Shown piece by piece: positions 1 through 12,290 of a stretch of 64,000 nucleotides of DNA (position 1 is its first letter; each line of letters opens with the position of its first letter). Below the pieces are notes generated by a model. The model worked only from the letters and a program-made list of their open reading frames with translations, was not told where the DNA came from and searched no databases. The stretch spans positions 222,228 to 286,227 of the forward strand of contig NIVC01001456.1 in the NCBI GenBank assembly GCA_002269645.1. Reading direction: 5' to 3'. This stretch comes from Macrostomum lignano (Eukaryota). Both the position numbers and the translations under genes were made by a program.

Positions 1-185
1 AATCAAACATATTTACTTGGAAATCCTAATGATCCCAGTCATTTTGTCATCTGGATTGATAAGTCGATCGATCGGTTCTGCTTGCCGCAGCTTAATAGTT
101 AATAAAAACAAAAAAATTGTTTACTAACTCGAATCTCACACAGATTAATTGGTTGATGAAGAAGTATCCAGCATAACTAAATATT

Positions 186-281
186 TGGTCACTTCGTCAT
201 ATTATTTTTCAAGCTACTTTGCTTCTGGCCACTTCGTCATCCGATATGACGAAATGGAATATGACGATCTGACCAGTGACC
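186..281 (-). mobile_element. Right-end remnant of a MULE-like DNA transposon (TIR with repeated subterminal TTCGTCAT/ATGACGA motifs)
   Basis: The reverse complement of 241-281 reads GGTCACTGGTCAGATCGTCATATTCCATTTCGTCAT. It has the same GGT-N6-GTCA plus repeated TTCGTC layout as the TIRs at 56785/60769. The other end is not in the window. Confidence 0.4.
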
Positions 282-1414
282 TCCCAGATCCAGAATAAAA
301 ACGGAAATATCTACCTCAACACAAGCTTAAAAGGATTTTTTGAATGAAACAATTTTTCTGAGTCTCGAATGTAGCAACACGGTTATATCAGAAAATAGGC
401 TACGAACAATTTATTAAAATTAACTGTCTTATTGAAGGAATCTGCGCAATTTTTGTTTTAATGCACGTCGTAACGATTTTAAATAAATAAATCACTTAAA
501 TTTTTGTCATGCTAATTAATTATTATTAATAATGTTTGTGTGCCGATTGCCGATTTAATGACAATTAATTAAACTGAGGTCTTATATAATAATATATGTT
601 AATACCCTTTAGATTTAAATTTCAGCATCACTGCTCTCTTCTGTTTGAGTTCTCCGCTGTAAGCCATTGGTAGTTGGTAATAACTTTCTTGTATAATAGT
701 TTAAAAGCATTTAGCTATAATAAATAAAATTTGCCCTAGGCCTAGGCCTTGCCTATAGCAAGTTGGAAAAAGGATTAAATAGTGAAGACTCAAGGAATAT
801 GTTTGGTACTAGGCTTACTTGAATATCAGATAGAGGAATGTTATCATTGGGCCTATATTGACTAGGCCTAGGCTATATATAGGGCCTAAAGTCTAAACTG
901 ATTTTTTTGTTTTATTAACAATTATAATTGCAATACAAGATTTATTAACAAGTTGTAAACTTAATTAGCTTTATTAAAAACTTATATGCAGTTAATAATA
1001 AAAGTGTTTATTAGCAAAAGGATAGGGGCCTAGATGTTTGCAGAAAAAGTGAAAAATCATATAGTTAAGTCTCAATGGACAATGGCATGAGGCACTTTTT
1101 CAAAATTGATCAATCACTAGATCAATGGTCCAGATTAACTGCAACTTCAGGGTGGACCACAGATATGCAATAGAGCTAGTGTGTGGTCATTTCTTTATAA
1201 AACTTTTAAAAAAATACAGCTATGTAAATTGTAAAGCTATTTTTTATAATATAAGATATGATGAGTCATATAAAGAGTTATTTTGTGATGTTTTTTGCAT
1301 GTATAATATTTTTTAATATACTTGCACTGGCCACTACTGGCGACTTGCAATATACAGACAAAAGTTAATGCAGATTCCCTTGACAACTAGTATCTTAAGC
1401 AATAGAAGTAGGCT

Positions 1415-1735
1415 TTGATAGCAGTGAGAGTAGTAGCAGTAGGGGCACTAGATTCAGCAGCAGCAGGGGTAGCAGTAGCAAGGGCAGCAGCAGTAGGGGT
1501 GCTAGATTCAGCAGCAGCAGGGGTAGCAATAGCAAGGACAGTAGCAGTAGAAGCACTAGATTCAGCAGCAGCAGGGGTAGCAGTAACAAGGGCAGCAGCA
1601 ATATGGGCGCTAGATTTAGCAGCAGCAGGGGTAGCAGTAGCAAGGGCAGCAGCAGTATGGGCGCTAGATTTAGCAGCAGCAGGGGTAGCAGTAGCAAGGG
1701 TAGCAATAGTAGTGGTGTTAGATTCAGTACTAACA
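1415..1735. repeat. 54-bp tandem repeat, about 5.5 copies (GCA-rich)
   Basis: Unit CAGCAGCAGCAGGGGTAGCAGTAGCAAGGGCAGCAGCAGTAGGGGTGCTAGATT; reads ATPAAAESSTPTAAALAT on the minus strand. Confidence 0.85.
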
Positions 1736-3397
1736 GGGATGCCAGATTCATCAGTATGACCAGAAGTTAGGCTCAGTAAAGTGCTAATTCCTACTGTTTC
1801 TGGCACTTTCCTCATGAAAACAAAGCTTTTTCTTGCATCTGTTTTCAGCAATTGAGGCTCTACATTTTATTGCAATAGAGATTTGAATATATATATTGCA
1901 ATATTTGAGAAACTTGGGAATCAACACAGAGAGATGCAACATTTTTTAAATAGTTTAATTTCTTTAAAGCTTGGGTGTCCCCAGGCTAAGGTAGGTGCCA
2001 GCCACAAAAACTGTGTCACAGTTGGCTACTTGCTAATCCATGCAGTGAAGCCACCCTTTAATGTATTTGTAAGCATTGCAGCTACTAGTCATTTCTTTAG
2101 TTCATTTGCCTTTTGTCTATTTTATACTCAGCTATTTTCTTCCTCTTTGTCTAGTTCAGTCTTGACTCTTGTTATTCTTAATTTTCTCCCTTGCTGCCTT
2201 CTGATTGGCCCTTCAAATTTGCCTCCTTCCTTAGTTGCATACTTTACCCCTCATTTTCTTAATCTGCCTCAATCCCCCTAATTTAATGTCATAAATATAC
2301 TTGTTTGGGATAGTGCAAGCTTACTTCTGCTAATGCTGACTTATTGTTCCTATCTATTGCAGCATAGGCATATCTTGCACCTTCCACTAGCTTTTGCTAA
2401 CTGCCAATTGGCTATAGGGAGCTGATCCATCATTCTGGCTTAGTGGGCATCTAGTATGTCACAATGGGCACTTGCCTAAGGTCAACTTCAAGGGGCAGTT
2501 GCCCCCCCCCCCTTTGCCCCCTGCTCTTCCTTTTGATTTGCTTATTTCTTTTTCTTCTTTCTTGATTGGCCCTTCAAATTTGCCTCTTTCCTCAGTTGCA
2601 CCTGGCTAAGGTCAACTTCAGGGGGGCAGTTGCCCCCCTCCCCCTTTGCTCCCCCTTGTATCTACCCTTGCAAACGCTTCACCTTTTGTGAAAAATAGAA
2701 ACTTTAATGAGTTTGTCGTTTTAGGGATAGGAAGTGCTTCATAATATTACTTTGTAGTTATTTTTGTTAAGATATATGATTCATGAATATCTTTAAAAAG
2801 TTCTATTGAAAAAAATTTCATTTCTCAGTTTTCTAGAATATTTAAACATAGAGAAGTCTCATCATAAAATGCCTATCACAAGAAAAACAATAGAGTTTCG
2901 AAAAGGTAAAATAATACAATAGATTGTAACTCTATAAAGTAAATAAACAGAATTAAATAAATCAATGCTTTACTATTTTAGCAAACATCTAAAATTTATC
3001 TATTGTTATCTATTGTCATTGATTGAAATCTAATATAGCCAAAATAGCCAAAACCTTTGCAACAAAGCCTAAAGTCTGTCTTAGGCCTAAAATGCATAGA
3101 AAGACCATAGAAAAACATTTTTGCCATTTTTTCTATAACCAACGCCTTTGATTCCTTTTTCTTATAGTAAAAACAATTTACTATATTAAAAGTTGTTTCA
3201 AAGCAAAGCAAAGCAAAAGTTTTTTCTCAATGACAAAAAGTCCAATTAGAATTAAAGTCAACAGTGGTAGAAAATTGACTAGGTAGGTTTACTTGTAAAA
3301 TAAGATAAAAATTTTTTTGTAATATATAATTAGGGATTAAATTAGTAAGTAGCTGTAGCCATAATTATAATGTTACTACTAGATGGGTTATATAGGC

Positions 3398-3514
3398 TGA
3401 TATCTGATTTATTACAGAGCAATCTTTGATATCTGATTTATTACAGAGCAATCTTTGATATCTGACTTATTACAGAGCAATCTTTGATATCTGGTTTATT
3501 ACAGAGCCATCTTT
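3398..3514. repeat. 29-bp tandem repeat x4 ending about 10 bp upstream of the RBM33-like ATG
   Basis: Unit TGATATCTGATTTATTACAGAGCAATCTT; GATATCT recurs at 3399, 3428, 3457 and 3486. Confidence 0.9.
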
Positions 3515-3523
3515 GAAAATTGA

Positions 3524-6500
3524 ATGTCTCGCTATCGCTACGCCAACGATCTGGATCTTGAGCCAGACGATATTGATGATGATGACGAAGAATTCGTTCT
3601 AGAACATCGAGTTGGCCTGACAGCATCGGCTGCTACTGCCAGTGGCGGAGCTAATAGCGATGTTGGTCGCTACCAGCTCACAGAAGAGGATGAAGAACAG
3701 CTGCTGGGCAGCGATGCGGAGTCTTGCGACGGAGCGGCTGCTCCGGCTGCAACTGCCCAGCTGATAGGCAGTCTTAATAACGTCGACAATGACAATAGTA
3801 ATACTAATAATAATAATAATAATAGTAACCAAACTGAAAGCAGCGATAATAATAGTAATAATAATAATGATAATAATAATGCCGACGGAGTCGATCTACA
3901 CGACGAAGACGATCCCGACGCTATTGTTGTCGGCGTTGATATCGACGACGAAGATGTCGATGATCTGTTGCAACTCTCCGCTGGCGAAGACGATATTGAC
4001 GACGAAGCGCCTGCCGCCCCGCCTGCCGCTGCTCGGTCGCCCATTGCCGTCAAGCGGAAAGCATCCTCGCCGATGCCGCCGCCGACTGCCCCGCCTCAGC
4101 CAGCGGCATCAGTCGCCAACGACAGCATCGGCAGCAGCTCCAAGGCTTCAATAATGAATTCACCCGAATTACTGACTAAAAACGGCATAGTAACCATCAA
4201 GCGTCCAGAATTGCCAAAGCCGCTTGCACACAGTCAGCAGTCGAGTTCGTCTGCCAGCGCTCAGCTACCAGTAGACGATGACTACGAGCGACGCTACGAA
4301 GAATTAAAAGAGAAGCAAGCTCGAATCCGGCGCATGATACAGAATAAGAAAGAGCAGAATAGACTGGCTCGGGTTGGAGCGGCTGCTCCTAAGCCTCAGC
4401 AGCCTCAGGCTCAGCCGCCGCAGGCGCCTCAGCAGCGGCAGAATCAGATTCGACCTTCAACTGGTCCCGCTGGTCCCCGCGCTGGAATAGCGGCCCGGGC
4501 GCCAATAGCCGCTGTTCCGACAAAGCCTTTGATGCAGCAGCAGCAGCAGAGGCCTGTGCGACCTCCATTTGTACCGCCGCAGCAGCAGCGGCCGTTTGTT
4601 CAAAGAGCCGCTCCGGCCGCAACCAGTCTGCTGCAGCAGCATCGCGGCCAGCTGCCCCGACAGGCTCCAATCAACTCGCTGTTTAACAATCACCAGCTCA
4701 GGCAGCCGATGCCCAACCAGCAGCAGCAACTGTTCATGCCGGCCTTCTCAATGTCATCGATTACATCATCGGTTGTCGCCAATGTTGTCGCTTCCGCCGT
4801 GTCAGCCGGCGTTGCTCACGGTCGTCGGTCTGTTCGCATCGCCAACTGTCCGCCTGGCACCGGGCCTAACGATTTAAAAGTCTATACTGAGCTGGTGGGG
4901 CCTGTGCAGGTACGCATGGTTGAGTTCTTGTGCTGCTGTCTCTTGTTTTCTGTGCTTTAAAGTGTGCTGAGTAGTTAATGGGGTGGCTAAGAGCGTAGCT
5001 GAGTGTCTATTAATGTAGCTGAAGGGGTAGCTGAGTGTCTATAGATGTAGTTGAAGGGGTAGCTGAGTGTATAAATGGATGCTGAGTGTTGATTAAGGGT
5101 AGCTGAAGGGTTAGCTGACTGTACGAGTATAAATGGTTGCTGAGTGTCTTTAGATGTAGCTAAGTAGGATGTGGGAGGCTGAGTGTATAAATGATTGCTG
5201 AGTGTTGATAAAGGGTAGCTGCAGGGGTAGCTGAGTGTCTATAGATGTAGCTGCAGGGGTAGCTGAGTGTCTATAGATGTAGCTTAAGGGATAGCTGAGT
5301 GTCTATAGATGTAGCTTAAGGGATAGCTGAGTGTCTATAGATGTAGCTGAAGGGGTAGCTGAGTGTCTATAGATGTAGCTTAAGGGATAGCTGAGTGTCT
5401 ATAGATGTAGCTTAAGGGATAGCTGAGTGTCTATAGATGTAGCTTAAGGGATAGCTGAGTGTCTATAGATGTAGCTGAAGGGGTAGCTGAGTGTCTATAG
5501 ATGTAGCTGAAGGGGTAGCTGAGTGTCTGTAGATGTAGCTTAAGGGATAGTGAGTGTCTATAGATGTAGCTTAAGGGATAGCTGAGTGTCTATAGATGTA
5601 GCTTAAGGGGTAGCTGAGTGTCTATAGATGTAGCTGAAGGGGTAGCTGAGTGTCTATAGATGTAGCTGAAGGGGTAGCTGAGTGTCTATAGATGTAGCTG
5701 AAGGGGTAGCTGAGTGTCTATAGATGTAGCTGAAGGGGTAGCTGAGTGTCTATAGATGTAGCTGAAGGGGTAGCTGAGTGTCTATAGATGTAGTTGAAGG
5801 GGTAGCTGAGTGTATAAATGGTTGCTGAGTGTTGATTAAGGGTAGCTGAAGGGTTAGCTGACTGTACGAGTATAAATGGTTGCTGAGTGTCTTTAGATGT
5901 AGCTAAGTAGGATGTGGGAGGCTGAGTGTATAAATGATTGCTGAGTGTTGATAAAGGGTAGCTGCAGGGGTAGCTGAGTGTCTATAGATGTAGCTGCAGG
6001 GGTAGCTGAGTGTCTATAGATGTAGCTTAAGGGATAGCTGAGTGTCTATAGATGTAGCTTAAGGGATAGCTGAGTGTCTATAGATGTAGCTGAAGGGGTA
6101 GCTGAGTGTCTATAGATGTAGCTTAAGGGATAGCTGAGTGTCTATAGATGTAGCTTAAGGGATAGCTGAGTGTCTATAGATGTAGCTTAAGGGATAGCTG
6201 AGTGTCTATAGATGTAGCTGAAGGGGTAGCTGAGTGTCTATAGATGTAGCTGAAGGGGTAGCTGAGTGTCTGTAGATGTAGCTTAAGGGATAGTGAGTGT
6301 CTATAGATGTAGCTTAAGGGATAGCTGAGTGTCTATAGATGTAGCTTAAGGGGTAGCTGAGTGTCTATAGATGTAGCTGAAGGGGTAGCTGAGTGTCTAT
6401 AGATGTAGCTGAAGGGGTAGCTGAGTGTCTATAGATGTAGCTGAAGGGGTAGCTGAGTGTCTATAGATGTAGCTGAAGGGGTAGCTGAGTGTCTATAGAT

Positions 6501-8096
6501 GTAGCTGAAGGGGTAGCTGAGTGTCTATAGATGTAGTTGAAGGGGTAGCTGAGTGTATAAATGGTTGCTGAGTGTTGATTAAGGGTAGCTGAAGGGTTAG
6601 CTGACTGTACGAGTATAAATGGTTGCTGAGTGTCTTTAGATGTAGCTAAGTAGGATGTGGGAGGCTGAGTGTATAAATGATTGCTGAGTGTTGATAAAGG
6701 GTAGCTGCAGGGGTAGCCGAGTGTCTATAGATGTAGCTGAAGGGGTAGCTGAGTGTCTATAGATGTAGCTGCAGGGGTAGCTGAGTGTCTATAGATGTAG
6801 CTGAAGGGGTAGCTGAGTGTCTATAGCTGAGTGTTGGTAGCTGAGTGTCTATAGATGTAGCTGAAGGGGTAGTTGAGTGTCTATAGATGTAGCTTAAGGG
6901 ATAGTGAGTGTCTATAGATGTAGCTTAAGGGATAGCTGAGTGTCTATAGATGTAGCTTAAGGGGTAGCTGAGTGTCTATAGATGTAGCTGAAGGGGTAGC
7001 TGAGTGTCTATAGATGTAGCTGAAGGGGTAGCTGAGTGTCTATAGATGTAGCTGAAGGGGTAGTTGAGTGTCTATAGATGTAGTTGAAGGGGTAGCTGAG
7101 TGTATAAATGGTTGCTGAGTGTTGATTAAGGGTAGCTGAAGGGTTAGCTGACTGTACGAGTATAAATGGTTGCTGAGTGTCTTTAGATGTAGCTAAGTAG
7201 GATGTGGGAGGCTGAGTGTATAAATGATTGCTGAGTGTTGAGAAATGGTAGCTGCAGGGGTAGCTGAGTGTCTATAGATGTAGCTGAAGGGGTAGCTGAG
7301 TGTCTATAGATGTAGCTGAAGGGGTAGCTGAGTGTCTATAGATGTAGCTGAATGGGTAGCTGAGTGTCTATAGATGTAGCTGAAGGGGTAGCTGAGTGTC
7401 TATAGATGTAGCTGAAGAGGTAGCTGAGTGTCTATAGATGTAGCTGAAGGGGTAGCTGAGTGTCTATAGATGTAGCTGAAGAGGTAGCTGTGTCTATAGA
7501 TGTAGCTTAAGGGGTAGCTGAGTGTCTATAGATGTAGCTGAAGAGGTAGCTGAGTGTCTATAGATGTAGCTGAAGGGGTAGCTGAGTGTCTATAGATGTA
7601 GCTGAAGGGGTTGCTGAGTGTCTATAGATGTAGCTGAAGGGGTTGCTGAGTGTCTATAGATGTAGCTGAAGGGGTAGCTGAGTGTCTATAGATGTAGCTG
7701 AAGGGGTTGCTGAGTGTCTATAGATGTAGCTGAAGGGGTTGCTGAGTGTCTATAGATGTAGCTGAAGGGGTAGCTGAGTCGGACTGTCTACCTCCGACTC
7801 AAGGGGTAGCTGAGGTGCGCGCCTGTACACCGGACTGAAACTGGGCCAGTTACTAACTAAGCTAAGCCTCCCAAACCCTCAGAACTGCCAAGTGTACCCC
7901 AACAATGGCCAGGCTTACATCACATTCTGCTATCCTGAGCATGCGCAAGAGTTTCTTCAGAGATTCAATCGGTAATTGATGAGAATATTTATATTTGTTC
8001 TCTCAAAGATTCCATTGTACTTACAAATTTCATTACTCCTTTGTTTCTTTCAGAGCGCATCTGAAAGGCTACCAACTGCAGCTGACCCTATGCTAA
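3524..8096 (+). CDS. RBM33: RBM33-like RNA-binding protein, 505 aa; exons 3524-4909, 7883-7971, 8054-8096
   Basis: Acidic N-terminus, coiled-coil YERRYEELKEKQARIRRMIQNKKEQNR and a Q/P-rich middle. Splicing (CAG|GTACGC; TACTAAC branch at 7851 and CTCAG acceptor; CG|GTAATT; TTTCAG) gives an in-frame C-terminal RRM: RSVRIANCPPGTGPNDLKVYTELVGPVQ|NCQVYPNNGQAYITFCYPEHAQEFLQRFNR|AHLKGYQLQLTLC*. As I recall it, this resembles the RBM33 C-terminal RRM (VGPIQ...EPAHALAFQQKFHR). Confidence 0.75.
4970..7778. repeat. 32-bp minisatellite filling intron 1 of the RBM33-like gene, with 743-bp higher-order periodicity
   Basis: Unit GCTGAGTGTCTATAGATGTAGCTGAAGGGGTA; variant marker CTGTACGAG at 5119, 5862, 6605 and 7152. 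Confidence 0.95.
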
Positions 8097-8689
8097 ATAA
8101 TTAACTTATTTCATCTGAACCATTTGCTTACTGTCCTGATTTGTTTTAATCGACTCTTTATCCTGTTTTGCTATAAATAACGTTTTGTTAATTTCTTTTC
8201 AAACACAATCTTCCCTAGTCTTGGTGTTCAGTGACTGAGCCGCGATTAATATATAATATTATATATGTTACATGTAAAATACTCATTTTCTTTCCAGGAA
8301 ATTAAGAGAACAAAAAATGCTGGAAAAAATAAATAGAAAACAAATCAACTTTAACAGAAGTACATCGCATAAAAGTACTTTCTTTTGCTGTTGTATCGCG
8401 TGTCGCTCTGTCTAAATATTTGTCCGTTTTCGCTGAAGTTCCAAAATTTCTTATGTGCCGCTTTCAGTAGCTTGTGTGCGAATAAAGGCGTTTTTGCTTG
8501 CTGTTATCCGTTTGAAGCCATCATCTGCTTTGCACATAGCTGGTCTCAATAATAATTTAAACTACTGGTAAATGTTATTTGTTTTAATGATACTTTTAAA
8601 CGTAGGTTTTTATAGGGGGTTTGTAGGTTTCTATAGGACTGTAATTTGGCGTTTGGCTGTCTTGTTAGTAATTTCTTGGGGTATTGTCT

Positions 8690-9020
8690 GGTTGTAAAGT
8701 AGGGAATTATCTGGTTGTAAACTGGGGAATTATCAGGTTGTAAACCGGGTAATTATTTGGTTGTAAACAGGGGAATTATCTGGTTGTAAAGTGGGTAATT
8801 GTCGGGTTGTAAACAGGGTAATTGTCTGATTGTAAACTGGGTAATTGTCTGATTGTAAACTGGGTAATTGTCTGATTGTAAACTGGGTAATTGTCTGATT
8901 GTAAACTGGGTAATTGTCTGATTGTAAACTGGGTAATTGTCTGATTGTAAACTGGGTAATTGTCTGATTGTAAACTGGGTAATTGTCTGATTGTAAACTG
9001 GGTAATTTTCTGGTTGTAAG
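8690..9020. repeat. 23-bp minisatellite A
   Basis: Unit CTGATTGTAAACTGGGTAATTGT. Confidence 0.95.
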
Positions 9021-9519
9021 CAATTTTCCTGTTAACCTGTTTTAAAAGTTTGCTCAGATGGTTAATCATATTCCTACCCAACTTTTTATTGGCATTATTT
9101 AGGTTCAACTTTTTTTAAATCATCGCTCACTATTAGCTGCTTTTAGTAGTATGAAAAACTGTCTTTAACTTGTTTAATCAGCAATATTTTCCTGTATTTC
9201 TATTTAGTATGTATTTTTCATTCAATACTGTGCATTTTAACAAGCAGTTTTTATAGGCTTTTGTAGGCTTCTATAGGACTGAAATTTGTCTCTTGGTTTT
9301 GAGAGTGGCGTTTGGCTGTCTTGTTAGTAATTTCCTGTGGAATTGTCTGGCTGTAAACTGGAATCATCTAATTGTAGACTGGGGAATTGTCTGTTTTAAA
9401 CGGAGATATTGTCTGGCTGTAAACTGGAATCATCTAATTGTAAACTGGGAATTGTCTGTTTTAAACGGAGATATTGTCTGGTTGTAGACTGGGGAATTGT
9501 CTGTTTTAAAACTGGGGAA

Positions 9520-10175
9520 TTATCAAGCTGTAGACTGGGCAATTATCGGGTTGTAAACCGGGGAATTATCGGGCTGTAAACCGGGGAATTATCGGGTTGT
9601 AAACCGGGGAATTATCGGGTTGTAAACCGGGGAATTATCGGGTTGTAAACCGGGGAATTATCGGGTTGTAAAACGGGGAATTATCGGGTTGTAAACCGGG
9701 GAATTATCGGGCTGTAAACCGGCGGGGAATTATCGGGTTGTAAACCAGGGAATTATCGGGTTGTAAACCGGCGGGGAAGGATCGGGTTGTAAACCGGAGA
9801 ATTATCGGGCTGTAAACCGGCAGGGAATTATCGGATTGTAAACCGGCGGGGAAGGATCGGGTTGTAAACCGGGGAATTATCGGGTTGTTAACCGGAGAAT
9901 CGTCTGGCTGTAAGCTGGGGAATTATCTGGTTATAAACCGGGAAACTATCGGGTTGTAAACCGGGGAATTATCGGGTTGTAAACCGGGGAATTATCGGGT
10001 TGTAAACCGGGGAATTATCGGGTTGTAAACCGGGGAATTATTGGGTTGTAAACCGGGGAATTATCGGGTTGTAAACCGGGGAATTATCGGGTTGTAAACC
10101 GGGGAATTATCGGGTTGTAAACCGGCGGGGAATTATCGGGTTGTAAACCGGGGAATTATCGGGTTGTAAACCGGG
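9520..10175. repeat. 23-bp minisatellite B (sibling of A)
   Basis: Unit ATCGGGTTGTAAACCGGGGAATT. Confidence 0.95.
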
Positions 10176-10724
10176 GGATGTTAAGCTGTTCAGAAGTTTA
10201 CACAAATGCTTCTACCCTTGAATTTTATTGATATTACTTTTTTCTACTGTAAGATTTTTAATTATGCTGCAAATTATCGTCACTCACTACCAGCTGTTTT
10301 CAGTAGTATGAAAACCTGTCTTTAACATGTCAAATCAGCAATATTTTCCTGTACTCACGAGCTTATAATCTGGCATGCATTTTTCATTTAATCCTCCTGT
10401 GCATTTTGAACAGCAATTTTTTTCAAGTTCGCTGCATTTCTCTTATTTTTTCTTAAGTTTCCCGTTTTCAGGTTCTCTTTTAGGTCCGGCCGAGCTGTAC
10501 TGATCCTGACCCAACGGCCCACTGACAGGCTGAAGGTAGGTCATTCTTTATTTATTCATTTTTTTACTAGTAAATGTATTAATAAATAATAGCTAATATT
10601 ATTTTTTTAGGCTCTTATGTGCGAATCGGAAATTATTATAGGACATTCTATCCTGTTCTGCAATGCGAGCGCGCCTCTGTGTGCTTTGTAAGTAACCGAT
10701 TTTTATTTCAATTGGGCTCACACT

Positions 10725-11400
10725 TCTCTACCTGACCCTGAGAATCTCACTTTTCTCTTCTACCTGATCCTGAGAATCTCACTCCTCTCACTTCTACCTG
10801 ACCCTGAGAATCTCACTTTTCTCTTCTACCTGATCCTGAGAATCTCACCTCTCACTTCTACCCGACCCTGAGAATCTCACTTTTCTCTTCTACCTGATCC
10901 TGAGAATCTCACTCCTCTCACTTCTACCTGACCCTGAGAATCTCACTCCTCTCACTTCTACCTGACCCTGAGAATCTCACTTTTCTCTTCTACCTGATCC
11001 TGAGAATCTCACTCCTCTCACTTCTACCTGACCCTGAGAATCTCACTTTTCTCTTCTACCTGATCCTGAGAATCTCACCTCTCACTTCTACCTGACCCTG
11101 AGAATCTCACTTTTCTCTTCTACCTGATCCTGAGAATCTCACCTCTCACTTCTACCTGACCCTGAGAATCTCACTTTTCTCTTCTACCTAACCCTGAGAA
11201 TCTCACCTCTCACTTCTACCTGACCCTGAGAATCTCACTTTTCTCTTCTACCTAACCCTGAGAATCTCACCTCTCACTTCTACCTGACCCTGAGAATCTC
11301 ACTTTTCTCTTCTACCTAACCCTGACAATCTCACTCTGCCCTTCTACCTGACCCTGAGAATCCCACCCCTCTCTTCTACCTGACCCCGAGAATCTCACCC
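10725..11400. repeat. 32-35-bp pyrimidine-rich minisatellite with alternating variants, filling a putative intron
   Basis: Core CTACCTGACCCTGAGAATCTCAC followed by TTTTCTCTT or (T)CCTCTCACTT. Confidence 0.95.
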
Positions 11401-11739
11401 TTCTTCATCGATCCGCCAGCTATTATCGTCAACAGTTTTATTACTTTCTCATATTTCAGGTGGCCACATCAAAGTAAAAATATTCGTTCGAATTCGATCG
11501 GCAACCGTGGAAGGTTTGCGACACGGCAGCTTAATTAGCAAGTGTTTGTTTACGGCTGAGCTTCATCAGGGACACTTCTAGAATAAGGCTGGGATTAGAT
11601 ACTAGGGACATAGGCTACATTGCTGTTGCGTGCTGCCTTGGCTAGTCAAAGGCTAACATGTAGCAGCATTTTTTAGTGCTCGTATTACCCGTATTAAAAT
11701 CTATTTTATATGTGCTTTAAAATTAAAATAGGTGCTTTT

Positions 11740-12290
11740 CTCACCCTTCATTTATTTTATTACGTCTATCTCATCCCTCATCTTTTTTACAGTGTCTATC
11801 TCATCTCCCATCTATTCTATGGGTGTCAATATCATCTCTTATCTACTCTATGGTGTCTTTATCATCCCTCATCTACTCTATGGTGTCTTTCTCATCCCTC
11901 ATCTACTCTATGGTGTCTTTATCATCCCTCATCTACTCTATGGTGTCTTTATCATCCCTCATCTATTCTACGGTGTCTATCTCATTTCTCATCTATTCTA
12001 TGGTGTCTATCTCATCTCTCATCTATTCTATGGTGTCAATCTTATTCCTAATCTATTTTATGGTGTCCATATCAGCTAATCTATTATATGGTGTCTATCT
12101 CATCCTTCATCTATTCCATGGTGTCTATCTCAGCTAATCTATTCTATGGTGTCTATCTTAGCTCATCTATTCTGTGGTGTCTATCTCAGCTCATCTATTC
12201 TATGGTGTCTAGCTCGCCTCTCATCTATTCTGTGGTAGCTCGTATCAAGCTATCCCTCATCTATTCTAAGGTGTTTATCTCACCTCTCAC
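11740..12290. repeat. 30-bp minisatellite, degenerating rightwards
   Basis: Unit CATCTACTCTATGGTGTCTTTATCATCCCT. Confidence 0.9.

Larger units (their letters stand above)
8420..11540 (+). ncRNA. Candidate spliced lncRNA or micropeptide gene; putative exons ~8420-8567, 10472/10484-10535, 10611-10687, 11460 onward
   Basis: Short GC-richer islands bounded by canonical sites: CTG|GTAAAT (8568), TTTTCAG/TTTTAG acceptors, AAG|GTAGGT (10536), TTTTTTAG|G (10611), TTT|GTAAGT (10688), TTTCAG|G (11460). The only spliced ATG ORF I found is 49 aa (10617-11538) with no recognisable motif. Start and end are approximate. Confidence 0.4.

Noticed and set aside
8568-11459. snoRNA host-gene explanation for the orphan exons
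   Set aside because: I saw no C/D (RTGATGA...CTGA) or H/ACA unit in these introns; an Infernal search would be decisive.
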